DNA from: an uncultured virus (IMG/VR IMGVR_UViG_3300005937_000013)
Lineage: Duplodnaviria; Heunggongvirae; Uroviricota; Caudoviricetes
Direction: 5' to 3' (one strand)
DNA: 64,000 nucleotides
Virus record (IMG/VR): IMGVR_UViG_3300005937_000013
A model generated the notes under the pieces. The model saw only the letters and a list, made by a program, of their open reading frames with translations, had not been told where the DNA came from and did no database searches. The position numbers and the translations under genes are program-made. This document shows positions 46,569-55,956 of the stretch, piece by piece (positions within the stretch are counted from its first letter, which is position 1; every line of letters begins with the position of its first letter).

Positions 46569-47270
46569 CTACCCCGCGGGCAGGGCCGCCATCAGGGCCA
46601 GCTCAGCCCTGGTGGAGTGGTCGACGAGCCTGAGGGTCAGGCGGCGACCGGAGCTGGTGGCGGTGGTGATGGTCCCGGTGTAGAGCGGGTCGGGATGGTT
46701 GTGGGCGTTCCTCACCAGAGCCAGGTCCCAGTCGGTGGCGATCCCACCCTGGCACGGGCCCGGCGTCCCGTGGGAGGAGTGCTTCAACCCCAGGGCGTGG
46801 AACAGCTCGTGGCAGACCGCGTTGGCGAGGACGGCGGCGGTCCAGGGGGCCGAGTCGAACCCCAGGCGGGCAGCAGCCCCGAACATGTGCCCCGTCGAGC
46901 TCCACCCCACGTAGGCGACGGCACCGTTCATCGGAGCCCGGAACACCCGGACGCAGTGGGTTCCCGGGGCGGTGGGACAGGTGGCCTGGGACCCGTTGGG
47001 GACGTGCAGGACCGTCGCTACGTACGGCGACCGGTTCGCCTGGAGCATCCCCGAGTTGATCCCCCGCATGAAACTGCCGTCCGAGGCCAGGGTGGCGGGG
47101 ACCACCAGGGTGATCCGCCGCTCGAGCGAGTTCGGGACGTTCTGCTGCCAGTGGACCAGCTGGCCCGTGGACGTCGTGAAGTTGTCCGAGGGGTGACAGG
47201 CGACGGCCAGCAGGACCACGACGACCAGCAGGCCCACTGCATGAGCTCGGCTAGCTCGTGGGGGCCGCAC
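46569..47270 (-). CDS. Lipoprotein Zn-metallopeptidase (metzincin-like)
   Basis: Lipobox-like LLAVAC; HELFHALGLKH = HExxHxxGxxH. Confidence 0.72.
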   Translation of the reverse strand: MRPPRASRAHAVGLLVVVVLLAVACHPSDNFTTSTGQLVHWQQNVPNSLERRITLVVPATLASDGSFMRGINSGMLQANRSPYVATVLHVPNGSQATCPTAPGTHCVRVFRAPMNGAVAYVGWSSTGHMFGAAARLGFDSAPWTAAVLANAVCHELFHALGLKHSSHGTPGPCQGGIATDWDLALVRNAHNHPDPLYTGTITTATSSGRRLTLRLVDHSTRAELALMAALPAG

Positions 47271-47844
47271 CGTCGGTCCCGGTGGCGATGGCGTCGGTCA
47301 GGGCCAGGATCTCTTCGTCGAGGTCCCGCTCCTCCAGGTCCTCCTTCTCGAGCTGCAGGTGACGCCCGACCGTCCGGTCCAGGACGATCTCCGCCGCCTT
47401 GAGCCGGTCCGCCGGTCTACTGTCCTCGTCCTCGAGGATGGCCTGGACCGCCAACACTGCCGCCTGGGCGGTGAGCTCGAGGTGCTGGCGGATCAGCTCG
47501 ATCCGCTCCGCCCGGGCCCGGGTGGCCTGGTTCCCGTTCGGCCTCGTCAGGTCGTCGTCGTCTAGGATCTTCCCCGACGCCCCGTGAAACCGACACACGT
47601 GGGTCCCGGGGACCGCCGCGTTCCCGCACCGCTCACCCGTCTGCCGACTGTTCTGGGTACACCGCGGCCGCCCGTGGATGGTCAGGTTCTCGGGTCCGAG
47701 CTGGTCTACCACGTTCTGTCGAAGCCGGTGGGTGTGCCCGAGCTCCTCGGGCGTGGACCAGTCGGGTGGAGGGGGGAACTGGTACCCGCCGATCGGGACC
47801 ACCTTGGGCTTCCCGTGCAGCCGATCCCTGGTCGCGTCGTCCAT
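47251..47844 (-). CDS. Putative terminase small subunit
   Basis: RCTQNSRQTGERC...CRFHG Zn motif, DRLKAAEIVLDR; first gene of the packaging operon. Confidence 0.65.
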   Translation of the reverse strand: MDDATRDRLHGKPKVVPIGGYQFPPPPDWSTPEELGHTHRLRQNVVDQLGPENLTIHGRPRCTQNSRQTGERCGNAAVPGTHVCRFHGASGKILDDDDLTRPNGNQATRARAERIELIRQHLELTAQAAVLAVQAILEDEDSRPADRLKAAEIVLDRTVGRHLQLEKEDLEERDLDEEILALTDAIATGTDGAAPTS

Positions 47845-47995
47845 GGGGCGACAGGGTACCACACCCGCCTCACCAGGGTGTGCTGGTGGCCCTCGCGAGG
47901 CGGGTGCGGTAGGTTGGGAGTGGTGATCCCCCGGGAGGGCGGGTAGCTCAACCGAGGGACCACCGTACCCAGAGGGCGCCCCTCTGGGCAAGACC

Positions 47996-48024
47996 ATGGT
48001 AGCAGAGGAACTGTCGGAGAGCTA
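47996..48024 (-). promoter_or_regulatory. Leftward promoter TAGCTC-N17-TACCAT
   Basis: Same consensus and spacing as the right-arm promoters. Confidence 0.6.
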
Positions 48025-48389
48025 CTACTCCTGTCGGAGAACCAGGGTGGTGCGGGGCCGCAGGCTCGCGAGAGGGTGCGGGGTCGCCGGATCCTGGGGA
48101 ACCGTCGGAGTTCCGACGGGACGGCGTGCCGGCGACCCCTGGTTGTGATCTCGCACGGTAACGGGGCGGCAGTCAGGAGTCAAGCGATAGGCAGAAATAA
48201 ACTGGGAAGGGGAGGCGAAGGTGGGGGTGGACGGAGGCGTCACCGCGGTCCGTGCGCTCCGAAACGTGGCCGTGGGGGTATGGGTCCCTGGCAAGGGGTC
48301 CCAGGCCCCGAGGGGGCCTCGTAGGGGGCTCTCGTGCGCCTCCCTACTCACCCTGGGGGCCGTGCCCCGCTGTGTGCCCTTGTGTCGTG

Positions 48390-48439
48390 TGTGACATATG
48401 TCACATCAAGAAACTTGCTCATTTGTGACATATGTCATA
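48390..48439. promoter_or_regulatory. Two palindromic operators TGTGACATATGTCACA (48390-48405) and TGTGACATATGTCATA (48424-48439)
   Basis: Perfect and near-perfect 16-bp palindromes matching TGTGA-N6-TCACA. Confidence 0.75.
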
Positions 48440-48466
48440 GACAACCCCTTGCTAGGGGTGTACCAT
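48438..48466 (+). promoter_or_regulatory. First rightward promoter TAGACA-N17-TACCAT
   Basis: Sigma-A-like hexamers with 17-bp spacer. Confidence 0.7.
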
Positions 48467-48538
48467 GGGTGTTGGTAAGCCACCCCGATGGGGTGGGGGT
48501 GAGGCAAGGTGCCTCACCCAAAGAGAGAGGAGCACATC

Positions 48539-48901
48539 GTGCCTACCACAAACACGCCCAAGGCCGAGGCCAAGGGTGAGGACAAGCCCGAGAGGTCCAC
48601 TGTGGCCGCAAAGGGTGAGTTCGACAAGGTCCTGGCCCGGGTCAAGGCCGCCGGCAAGGCCGGGATTGGCCTGGCCGACCTGGCCAAGGCAACCGGCCTT
48701 CCCTACCGGGTGGTCCACAACATCACCTGGAGGATGGAGGGCTCGCCCAAGGATGGGGCTCTCCGCAAGCCCGAGGAGAGGGTCATTGTCCGGGTCAACA
48801 CCGACCGCAAGGTCCTCTACGCCATCCGGCCCAAGGGCACCGGGTTCTCCATGAGGGGAATCTACGCCACCAAGGCCCAGGAGGAGGCCCCGGCCAAGTG
48901 A
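48539..48901 (+). CDS. Winged-helix-like DNA-binding protein
   Basis: VKAAGKAGIGLADLAKATGLPYRVVHNITWRM; GTG after AAGAGAGAGGAG. Confidence 0.7.
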   Translation: MPTTNTPKAEAKGEDKPERSTVAAKGEFDKVLARVKAAGKAGIGLADLAKATGLPYRVVHNITWRMEGSPKDGALRKPEERVIVRVNTDRKVLYAIRPKGTGFSMRGIYATKAQEEAPAK

Positions 48902-49012
48902 GGAGTGGGGGCCGCAAGGCCCCCACCCCCACGCTCCTCCACCACCGGCATGGTGGTGGGGGGCCGTGGGGGTCCGGCAGGTAGCCGGGCTCTCGAAGAG
49001 AGAGGAGCAACG

Positions 49013-49404
49013 ATGTCGAGACGATTCTGGGCGGCTGCCTCGGTGGCCGTGGTGGGGCTCGTGGGCCCGGCCGGAGCTTGGGTGGGAACCCGGCTCGACG
49101 GCGAGCCCAGGCGGCCCTACTGCCCGAGCGAGGACTCCTGCCGGCCGGACTACGACGGCGAGAGCAACACCTGGGAGATCGTGGAGGTCACGCCATGACC
49201 GACACGATCCAGGGTGACCTGCGCGAGATCGCGCGGGAGATCCTCCGGGGCGATGATCGCGTCAAGGCGGCACATCGCGTCCTGGACATCGCGGACGAGA
49301 TCGACCGGGCGGTCCGCCCGGAGGACCGATCGGACCTGCCCACGACGGCGGGTCACCGCACCGAGCACTGGGTTCGCCCCGGAGCGGGGGCGACGTGGAT
49401 GTGA
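49013..49404 (+). CDS. Two small ORFs: 49013-49198 (TM plus CPSEDSC) and 49195-49404
   Basis: Extended SD then ATGA coupling. Confidence 0.6.
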
Positions 49405-50074
49405 TCCGCTCCAGCGGTGAGGAGGAGGCGGCCGAGAGGCCGCCCCTCCGCCGCAACCGGTCACACCACGCGTACCGGATGCAGCCACCAGACGGCGTCC
49501 GCGTTCGCGGACGGATGCGGTGGCCCACGCGGACGGGCGGCGCCAGCGGCGTCCGAACGGTGGTCGCCAGCCGGACGCGGATCTCCGCGCTCACCAGCAG
49601 GCGAGCACGGCTGGACGCGACCGCGGACACGCGGGACATCTGGGCGAAGATCGCCCTGTACCGGTGACCAGTGGCGGGGCGGTGACGATGAGGACCACGA
49701 GAGTCCGAAACCACGGACCGAAAGTCCGAAATGATCGGACGGTACTATCCACGGAAAGGGCGACACAGAGACGGCATCCGACGGTCTATCGCCCCCCTTC
49801 TGCCCCTGCTTTCGGATCTGTCAAACATTCTCCCGTTCTTCGCGTTCAAACATCCGAAACCGTCTGTGAACGACGCGGCTCACATGTCCAACGTGTGAGT
49901 TGCCAAACTCCCCTATACGAGGGGATACATAGCGACTTAGTCCACTCACACGTATTATGTGTTACGCCTGGTCACACCACGTGCCGTTCACACGGAAGCC
50001 TAGGACGGAGATCGCATGAGACTACACCGCGTTCCACCCAGAACCCGAACCCGACCCCGAGAGGATCGTCCTGA

Positions 50075-52037
50075 ATGACCACCACCGGCTCCGAGGTCAA
50101 CGACCTCATCCACCACCTGTCCCGGGTCGCCCACGGCCTGGATCCCGACGTCTACGAGACCGCGATGGACACCTCGCTCACGGAGCGACCTGAGCTGATC
50201 GCGCACTACGACGCCCGTCAGCGACTCGCCCGTCGCCTGGTCCGCGTCGCCCACGAGCTGAACTCGATCCTCCCTGATCGACGGCTCACCGACGAGATCG
50301 CGTCGGATGCCCAGCCCAGCGAGTACGGGCGGTCCCACGACGGGATGGCCTGACCACCGAGATCGTCCCGAACGACCACGAGATCGCGTCGGGCGACTGA
50401 CACCATCTGGCTCATCGCCAGGTGGTCCACTACCCTTGGGTGGAGCCCCATCCAGGGCGAGCAAGAGAGAGGAGCGAGATGTACCAACCGACTGACCCGA
50501 CCTACCGGTGTCTCGTCCACGGTCTTCCTGAGGTCGACTACGACACCCGGTGGTCCGAGGGTCCCGAGCCGAGCGTGGCCGAGCTCACCACGGAGCTCGT
50601 CCACCACCTGTGGGCGAAGCTCTTCGGTGAGCGCTGCCCCAACGACTGGTGCGGCCACTGCTACGACGAGTACATGGTCCGGCACCACCCCCTCGGCATC
50701 GAGGACGTCAACCTCGAGGAGCAACACCAGATCGCCATGATCGAGGAGTCCTGTACGTGCGACCAGAACCCCCAGCTCGCGCGTCAACGAGCAAGAGAGG
50801 AGGCGAGAGCATGGGAGAGCGACCGGGCCTGGACGGCAGTCTGGGCGAGAGAGCAGGCGAGGGGATGGTGAACGCCGAGCTCGAGCGGGTGGGGATCATC
50901 ACCCGCGGACGCCGGCTGGCACTCGAGCTGGCCGACATCCTGGACGAGGAGGCCACTCGTGGCATCTCCGTCCAGCACACCTACACCGTCACCACGCTTC
51001 CGACCATGAGGCGGGTTCGCGTCACGGTGGAGCTGGTCGATGGCTGAGCCGATCGACCTGGACAACTGGCCGAGCGGCTGGTGTGCCATCCACGACACGG
51101 TGGAGGCCAACGAGACCCAGCTGGCGGAGGCAGACACGGTCTGCTTCGAGTGCGGGCACGTGTATCCCACCGAGGATGACCTGCTCGCCGAGTGGGTCAA
51201 CCAGTTCGGGCCGACCGAGCGGGTAGCAGCGGAGATCATGTTCTGTCCGCTCTGCCTCCACGACTTCCTGTAACCGACAACAAGCGAAGGAGAAGGAACC
51301 ACGGAACCCAGCGACGACAGGACGCCGAACGAGGTCATGGCAGCCGCCCAGGCCAAGCTCCGGCGTCCCCAGTACGGCACCATGGACCGAGACGCGATCT
51401 GGCGGGAGGCGTCCAACGTCCTCGTCCAGCACTTCGGATCACGGTTCGACGTCCACGTCAACGACGGCAACCACGCCGTGACCATCATCGACCGAGCTCC
51501 GGGCAACCCGGACGAGGTCGGTGGGTCCCGGTGCGTCACGATCCAGCACAACCGACGGGGCACGACCCCGTTCTGACCGAGGAGACCACCGATGAGCAAG
51601 CAGGTGACGCGCGTCACCGTCAAGGCGGGTGGCATCACTGCCACGAACACGGCGGACCATCCCGTGAGGCGAGGCGACAAGCTCGGCATCCGGATCGTCC
51701 GACACGATGACGGCCGGATCACGGTCGCCGTCTACAACCGGGAGTTGGCATGACCGACGATCGGTTCGAGTACCTCCCACCCAACGCCGACCCAGACGAT
51801 CCCACACGCGAGCTCGTGTGGGAACACGACCAGGGGCCGGTCTACATGGTCCTCAACCTCACCGCCGAGGACATCCGGGGCATCCGCTTCGCCCTGGCTG
51901 CTCTCCGGTCGGGTGAGATCTTCGCGGGTGCCCGGGACTCCTTCGAGCTCGGGTTGCGGATCCAACACATCGACGAGTTTCACGCCTCGGCGATCGAGCC
52001 GCTACATCCCGACGAGATGGACGCGGAGGCCGAGTAG
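50075..52037 (+). CDS. Run of small hypothetical genes (50075-50353, 50479-50871, 50865-51047, 51040-51273, 51337-51576, 51592-51753, 51750-52037)
   Basis: Co-oriented, RBS or stop/start overlaps; several Cys/His Zn motifs. Confidence 0.6.
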
Positions 52038-52123
52038 GAGATTTGCACGGTATCCAGGTGTCCACTACCATGGGTGGTGGATGGACCACAAGGTCCGAAC
52101 GACAAAGAGAGAGGAGCGAGACC

Positions 52124-53188
52124 GTGAGAACGGTAGAGCTAGACGAGCTGGACGGCTTCACCAGCCGCTTCATGCACGTGGTCGTCGCGCACGATCCCTT
52201 CATGGATCCGTACGTGGCCGAGGGTGGGATGATCCGCACCGTGTTCGCGTGGGGTCACCCGGTCCTCAAGGTGACCGGCCCCGGGGTCATCATGGATAAG
52301 GAGACCGGAGGCGAGCAGCGCCCCGCGTCGTGGCAGTGGCTCGGTCTGGACGACGCCATCGAGCCGGAGGATCTCACCCGGCAGCGGGAGGTCGTGTCCA
52401 ACCTCCTGGTCGACCTCGGCATGGTCGGCCAGGACTACGAGGACGACTTCGAGAACCTCGCCGGTGCGCTCGGTAACTACGAACGTGCCGAGGGGACGAG
52501 CACTCCGCTCATGACCCACGAGGCCATCGCGTTCGACACGTTCATCGAGCACCTCGGTGAGCACGACCTGCCGGCGTGGGTGGACACCATGGTCCACCGC
52601 ACCCCACTGACGGAGGAGGAGCGGTGAGGGCCACGTACGAGGTCTGGGGCGAGCAGCACAGCGAGCCGGAAGAGCGGCCCTACCACCGGCGTGCCGGGGC
52701 AGGCGTGACCGTCTGGAGCCGCGAGCACGAGAGTCACTCCTGGACAACGCCGAGTGCCCGCATCGCCCAGCTCACCGCCGAGCTCATCAAGGAGTACCTC
52801 GGCCACGGGACAACGGCGACCCAGACGCCGCACACCATGCTGCACGACCTCCAGCAGCTCGTCACGACGGCCCAGCGGTACGCGATGGAGTGGGCCGTGG
52901 ACGACCACCTGGCTGGCGGTGCAGCAGACCTCGAGCCGGACGACGGTGACGAGGAGGACGAGAAGGTGTCCTGGACCGATCCCTGGACGGAGGACGAGGG
53001 CTACCGGCCCACGTAGACAGAAGGAGAGCGGGCGGATGTTGTTCACGGCGGGACTGCTCGCCCTGTACCTAGCCTTCGAGCTGGTAGGGTGGCTACGAGA
53101 CCGACGCAAGATCGCGCAGTGTGGGGACTGCGAACAGACCGACGGGGAAGTTCCCCTCGGACAAGAGAGAGGAGAAACGGAGACATGA
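52124..53188 (+). CDS. Hypothetical genes 52124-52627, 52624-53016 and 53036-53188 (small TM)
   Basis: Extended SD, GTGA coupling, AAGGAG RBS. Confidence 0.6.
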
Positions 53189-53688
53189 ACCTCCGAAAGC
53201 TAGCAACCAGCGGGCTCGTGGTGGGCGTCCTTGCCCTGGCGGGTGCCGCGTGTGGTACGGATGACAGCGACGACTCGGCAGCGAGTGCCGACACGACCGA
53301 GCAGGAGTCCACGACGACCACCGAGATCGAGGACCCCACGTCCACGGTCGAGGACTGGAAGGCGTCCGAGGACGGGCTGCTCACCGCCGACTGGGCGTAC
53401 TACTCGGTGGGTCAGATGGATGCGCTCGCCGCAGCCGCCGCTGAGTTCGACGTGAGCCAGGTCATGAGCGTCGCGCTGGACACCCAGCTCGAGTACGAGA
53501 CCACCTACAAGGACGTTCCCGAGGCGTTCGCCAACGCCCCGGACGAGGTCCTGAGCGAGGAGGGCCAGGCCGGCTACGCCGGGGTCCTCGCCGCGATGGA
53601 GGCGTACTCAGTCGGCGACATCGAGACCGGCAACCAGCTGCTCACCGAGAGCACGCAACACATCAACGCCGCTGCCGCGCGGCTGTAG
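53185..53688 (+). CDS. Lipoprotein
   Basis: MNLRKLATSGLVVGVLALAGAAC-GTDD lipobox, Thr/acidic linker. Confidence 0.75.
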   Translation: MNLRKLATSGLVVGVLALAGAACGTDDSDDSAASADTTEQESTTTTEIEDPTSTVEDWKASEDGLLTADWAYYSVGQMDALAAAAAEFDVSQVMSVALDTQLEYETTYKDVPEAFANAPDEVLSEEGQAGYAGVLAAMEAYSVGDIETGNQLLTESTQHINAAAARL

Positions 53689-53795
53689 TTCTCATCGGTC
53701 TCCCAGGCTAGCTCACCGCTTTGTGGTGTGCTAGCTTGGGGAGATTGCCCCCCAGACCCCTGGGCGGCAAAGGCGAAACAGAGAGGACAGGCGGT

Positions 53796-54137
53796 ATGTC
53801 AAGCAAGGTGCGGGTAGCGGCCGCGGCGGTGGCTGCTCTTGCAATCCTGGGACTGGCGGCGTGTGGAGACGACGATGACGACGTCACCACGCAACCGGCA
53901 GTTCCGGCAGCTCCAGCTCCGGCAGATGTCTCGGGAAGCGATCAGCATCTCGAGAACCTGGCGGATGACGGCGCAGTCAACGCGTTCGAGGCAGGCAACC
54001 AGGCCGCCTCGGATCGACTGCAGGGTCAGGCCGACCAGATCGCCGAGGCTCAGGCCAAGGCGAAGGCGGCCCAGGCTGCCGAGGATCTCGAGCGTCAGGC
54101 TCACCTCGACGGCCAGGCTCGCACGTACGGCCAGTAG
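53796..54137 (+). CDS. Lipoprotein
   Basis: MSSKVRVAAAAVAALAILGLAAC-GDDDDD. Confidence 0.75.
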   Translation: MSSKVRVAAAAVAALAILGLAACGDDDDDVTTQPAVPAAPAPADVSGSDQHLENLADDGAVNAFEAGNQAASDRLQGQADQIAEAQAKAKAAQAAEDLERQAHLDGQARTYGQ

Positions 54138-54146
54138 CCCCACGAC

Positions 54147-54191
54147 CGTAGGGCACCGGCCTCTGACGCCCTTCGGGGCTGGTGCCCTGCG
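54147..54191 (+). terminator. Long hairpin after the lipoprotein gene
   Basis: CGTAGGGCACCGGCC / GGCTGGTGCCCTGCG arms, internal cUUCGg element. Confidence 0.5.
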
Positions 54192-54266
54192 CCGGCTATC
54201 TGTCATGCGTGTGTGTTGGGTGGCCCGCGCAGGGAGGTTCCCTGCGGAAAGGTGCAACTAACGCAC

Positions 54267-55805
54267 ATGAAACGGAAACTGGTAGGAGGAGCCGCGATCC
54301 TGTTGCTGATCGTGGGTGCCCTCTTTGCGTCGTCGTGGTCAGCCGGAGCGAACCTCCCTGGCAACGACTTCGAGGGCAACGACGGCAACATCGCGGTGAA
54401 CACTCCAGGCAACGTCGACTGGCTGACGGTCGATGACCCGACGGTGGGCGTGGACCTGCCGACGGGCCAGACTGACAACTCGTTCGGGCAGGGCTCGAAG
54501 GAGGCCAACGTCAACGTCACCGTGGTCACTGGCTCGATCCCCAACTCCAAGGCCGACCTGGCCAGGTTCGGGGTCGCGTCACAGACCATCGACGACCAGA
54601 CGTACCTCCAGCTCTTCTGGACCCGCGCCAACCAGTCCGGCACGGTGAACTTCGACTTCGAGCTCAACAAGCTCCAGCAGCCGGATCTCACCACCGCTGG
54701 ACCTAAGACGCTGGTCCGGTCACCGGGCGACCTGCTCATCAACTACGCGTTGCTGGGTGGGTCACAGTCGCCGACGTTGACGGTGTTCACCTGGAACGGC
54801 ACCACCTGGGCGGACGAGACGGTGCTCGGATCCTCCGTGAGCGAGGGCGCGATCAGCACAGCGACGCTGACCGACCCTCTGATCGGTGGGTCTGTCCCCG
54901 CGTCCCGGTTCGGTGAGGCGAACATCAACCTCACCGCGGCTGGGCTCATCGACCCCGATGAGTGCGAGGGCTTCAGCTCCGCGTACGTGAAGTCGCGGGC
55001 CTCCGGGATCAACTCGGAGATCAAGGACTTCATCGCTCCTCAGCACGTGAACATCTCGAACTGTGGCACGATCGTGATCGAGAAGGTGACGGATCCCAGT
55101 CCTGACCCGACCGACACGGCGTTCGACTTCACCCTCACCGGTGGGGACTCGGCCCTGAACGAGGCGTTCTCGCTGAAGAACGGGGAGAACTTCACCGCGG
55201 CGGGTGTCCAGGCGAGCGACGGCTACGCCGCCGCCGAGACGGTGCCGGCCAACTGGGAACTGACGTCGTTCACCTGTGACGACGGCTCCCCGGTGACCAA
55301 CATCGACGTGTCCGTCGGCGAGACAGTGACGTGCACGGCAACCAACACGCTCCAGCAAGGTGCGCTCGTGATCCACAAGGACCGCAAGCACGCTGCCGCT
55401 GAGGGCACTGACCCGGTGCCTCATCCTGGCGTGAGCTTCACCGTGTCCGGCGTGGCCGACCCGGCCGTGACCGATGACAACGGTGTGGCCTGCGTCGACG
55501 GCCTCCTGCCTGGTGACTACACGGTCACTGAGCAGGTGCCCGCGGGGTACCACAGCGCCGATGCGGAGCAGCCCTACACGGTGGTGAACGGCACAACCTG
55601 TGCCACCGCCACCGCGTTGGAGTTCCACAACACACCGCTCACCGACGTCACGGTGAGCGTGAACTCCCAGGTTGATGGTGGCACCGCGTCCACCATCGAC
55701 TGCGGTGATGGCCCGGTTGCGACCGACGCCAACGGTGATGGTTCCCTCACCCTGCCTGACCTCGAGCCGGGCACCAAGGTGTGCGAGATCGTCATCGATC
55801 CATGA
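54267..55805 (+). CDS. Secreted protein with SpaA/prealbumin-like (pilin-type) Ig domains
   Basis: Signal peptide MKRKLVGGAAILLLIVG; GTIVIEKVTDP...FDFT...Y...E...W...C...TCTATN; GDYTVTEQVPAGY...FHN. Confidence 0.72.
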   Translation: MKRKLVGGAAILLLIVGALFASSWSAGANLPGNDFEGNDGNIAVNTPGNVDWLTVDDPTVGVDLPTGQTDNSFGQGSKEANVNVTVVTGSIPNSKADLARFGVASQTIDDQTYLQLFWTRANQSGTVNFDFELNKLQQPDLTTAGPKTLVRSPGDLLINYALLGGSQSPTLTVFTWNGTTWADETVLGSSVSEGAISTATLTDPLIGGSVPASRFGEANINLTAAGLIDPDECEGFSSAYVKSRASGINSEIKDFIAPQHVNISNCGTIVIEKVTDPSPDPTDTAFDFTLTGGDSALNEAFSLKNGENFTAAGVQASDGYAAAETVPANWELTSFTCDDGSPVTNIDVSVGETVTCTATNTLQQGALVIHKDRKHAAAEGTDPVPHPGVSFTVSGVADPAVTDDNGVACVDGLLPGDYTVTEQVPAGYHSADAEQPYTVVNGTTCATATALEFHNTPLTDVTVSVNSQVDGGTASTIDCGDGPVATDANGDGSLTLPDLEPGTKVCEIVIDP

Positions 55806-55849
55806 TGTGGCGGGTGGACGCCTAGCTGTCGAGGCGGACACCTTCTACA

Positions 55850-55885
55850 GCCACGGGGAGGGGCCCCCCCGCCTCTCCCCGTGGC
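55850..55885 (+). terminator. Hairpin ending the surface-protein cassette
   Basis: GCCACGGGGAGGGG / CCTCTCCCCGTGGC arms. Confidence 0.55.
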
Positions 55886-55956
55886 ACCACCTAGCACACC
55901 GAGAAGGGGGGTGCTAGGCTGGGGGTAGGAAGCCAACAAGAGAGAGGAGCCAAGCG

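Noticed and set aside
228..48000. Many long plus-strand ORFs over the left arm (e.g. 43753-44946, 27289-28299, 1415-2395)
   Set aside because: Antisense shadows of high-GC minus-strand genes with no motifs or RBS
48000..48500. Prophage immunity region or att site at the strand switch
   Set aside because: No integrase, divergent repressor pair or host genes; a genome terminus here cannot be judged from sequence alone
54147..54250. Known riboswitch upstream of the pilin-like gene
   Set aside because: Hairpins are present but I recognise no aptamer consensus
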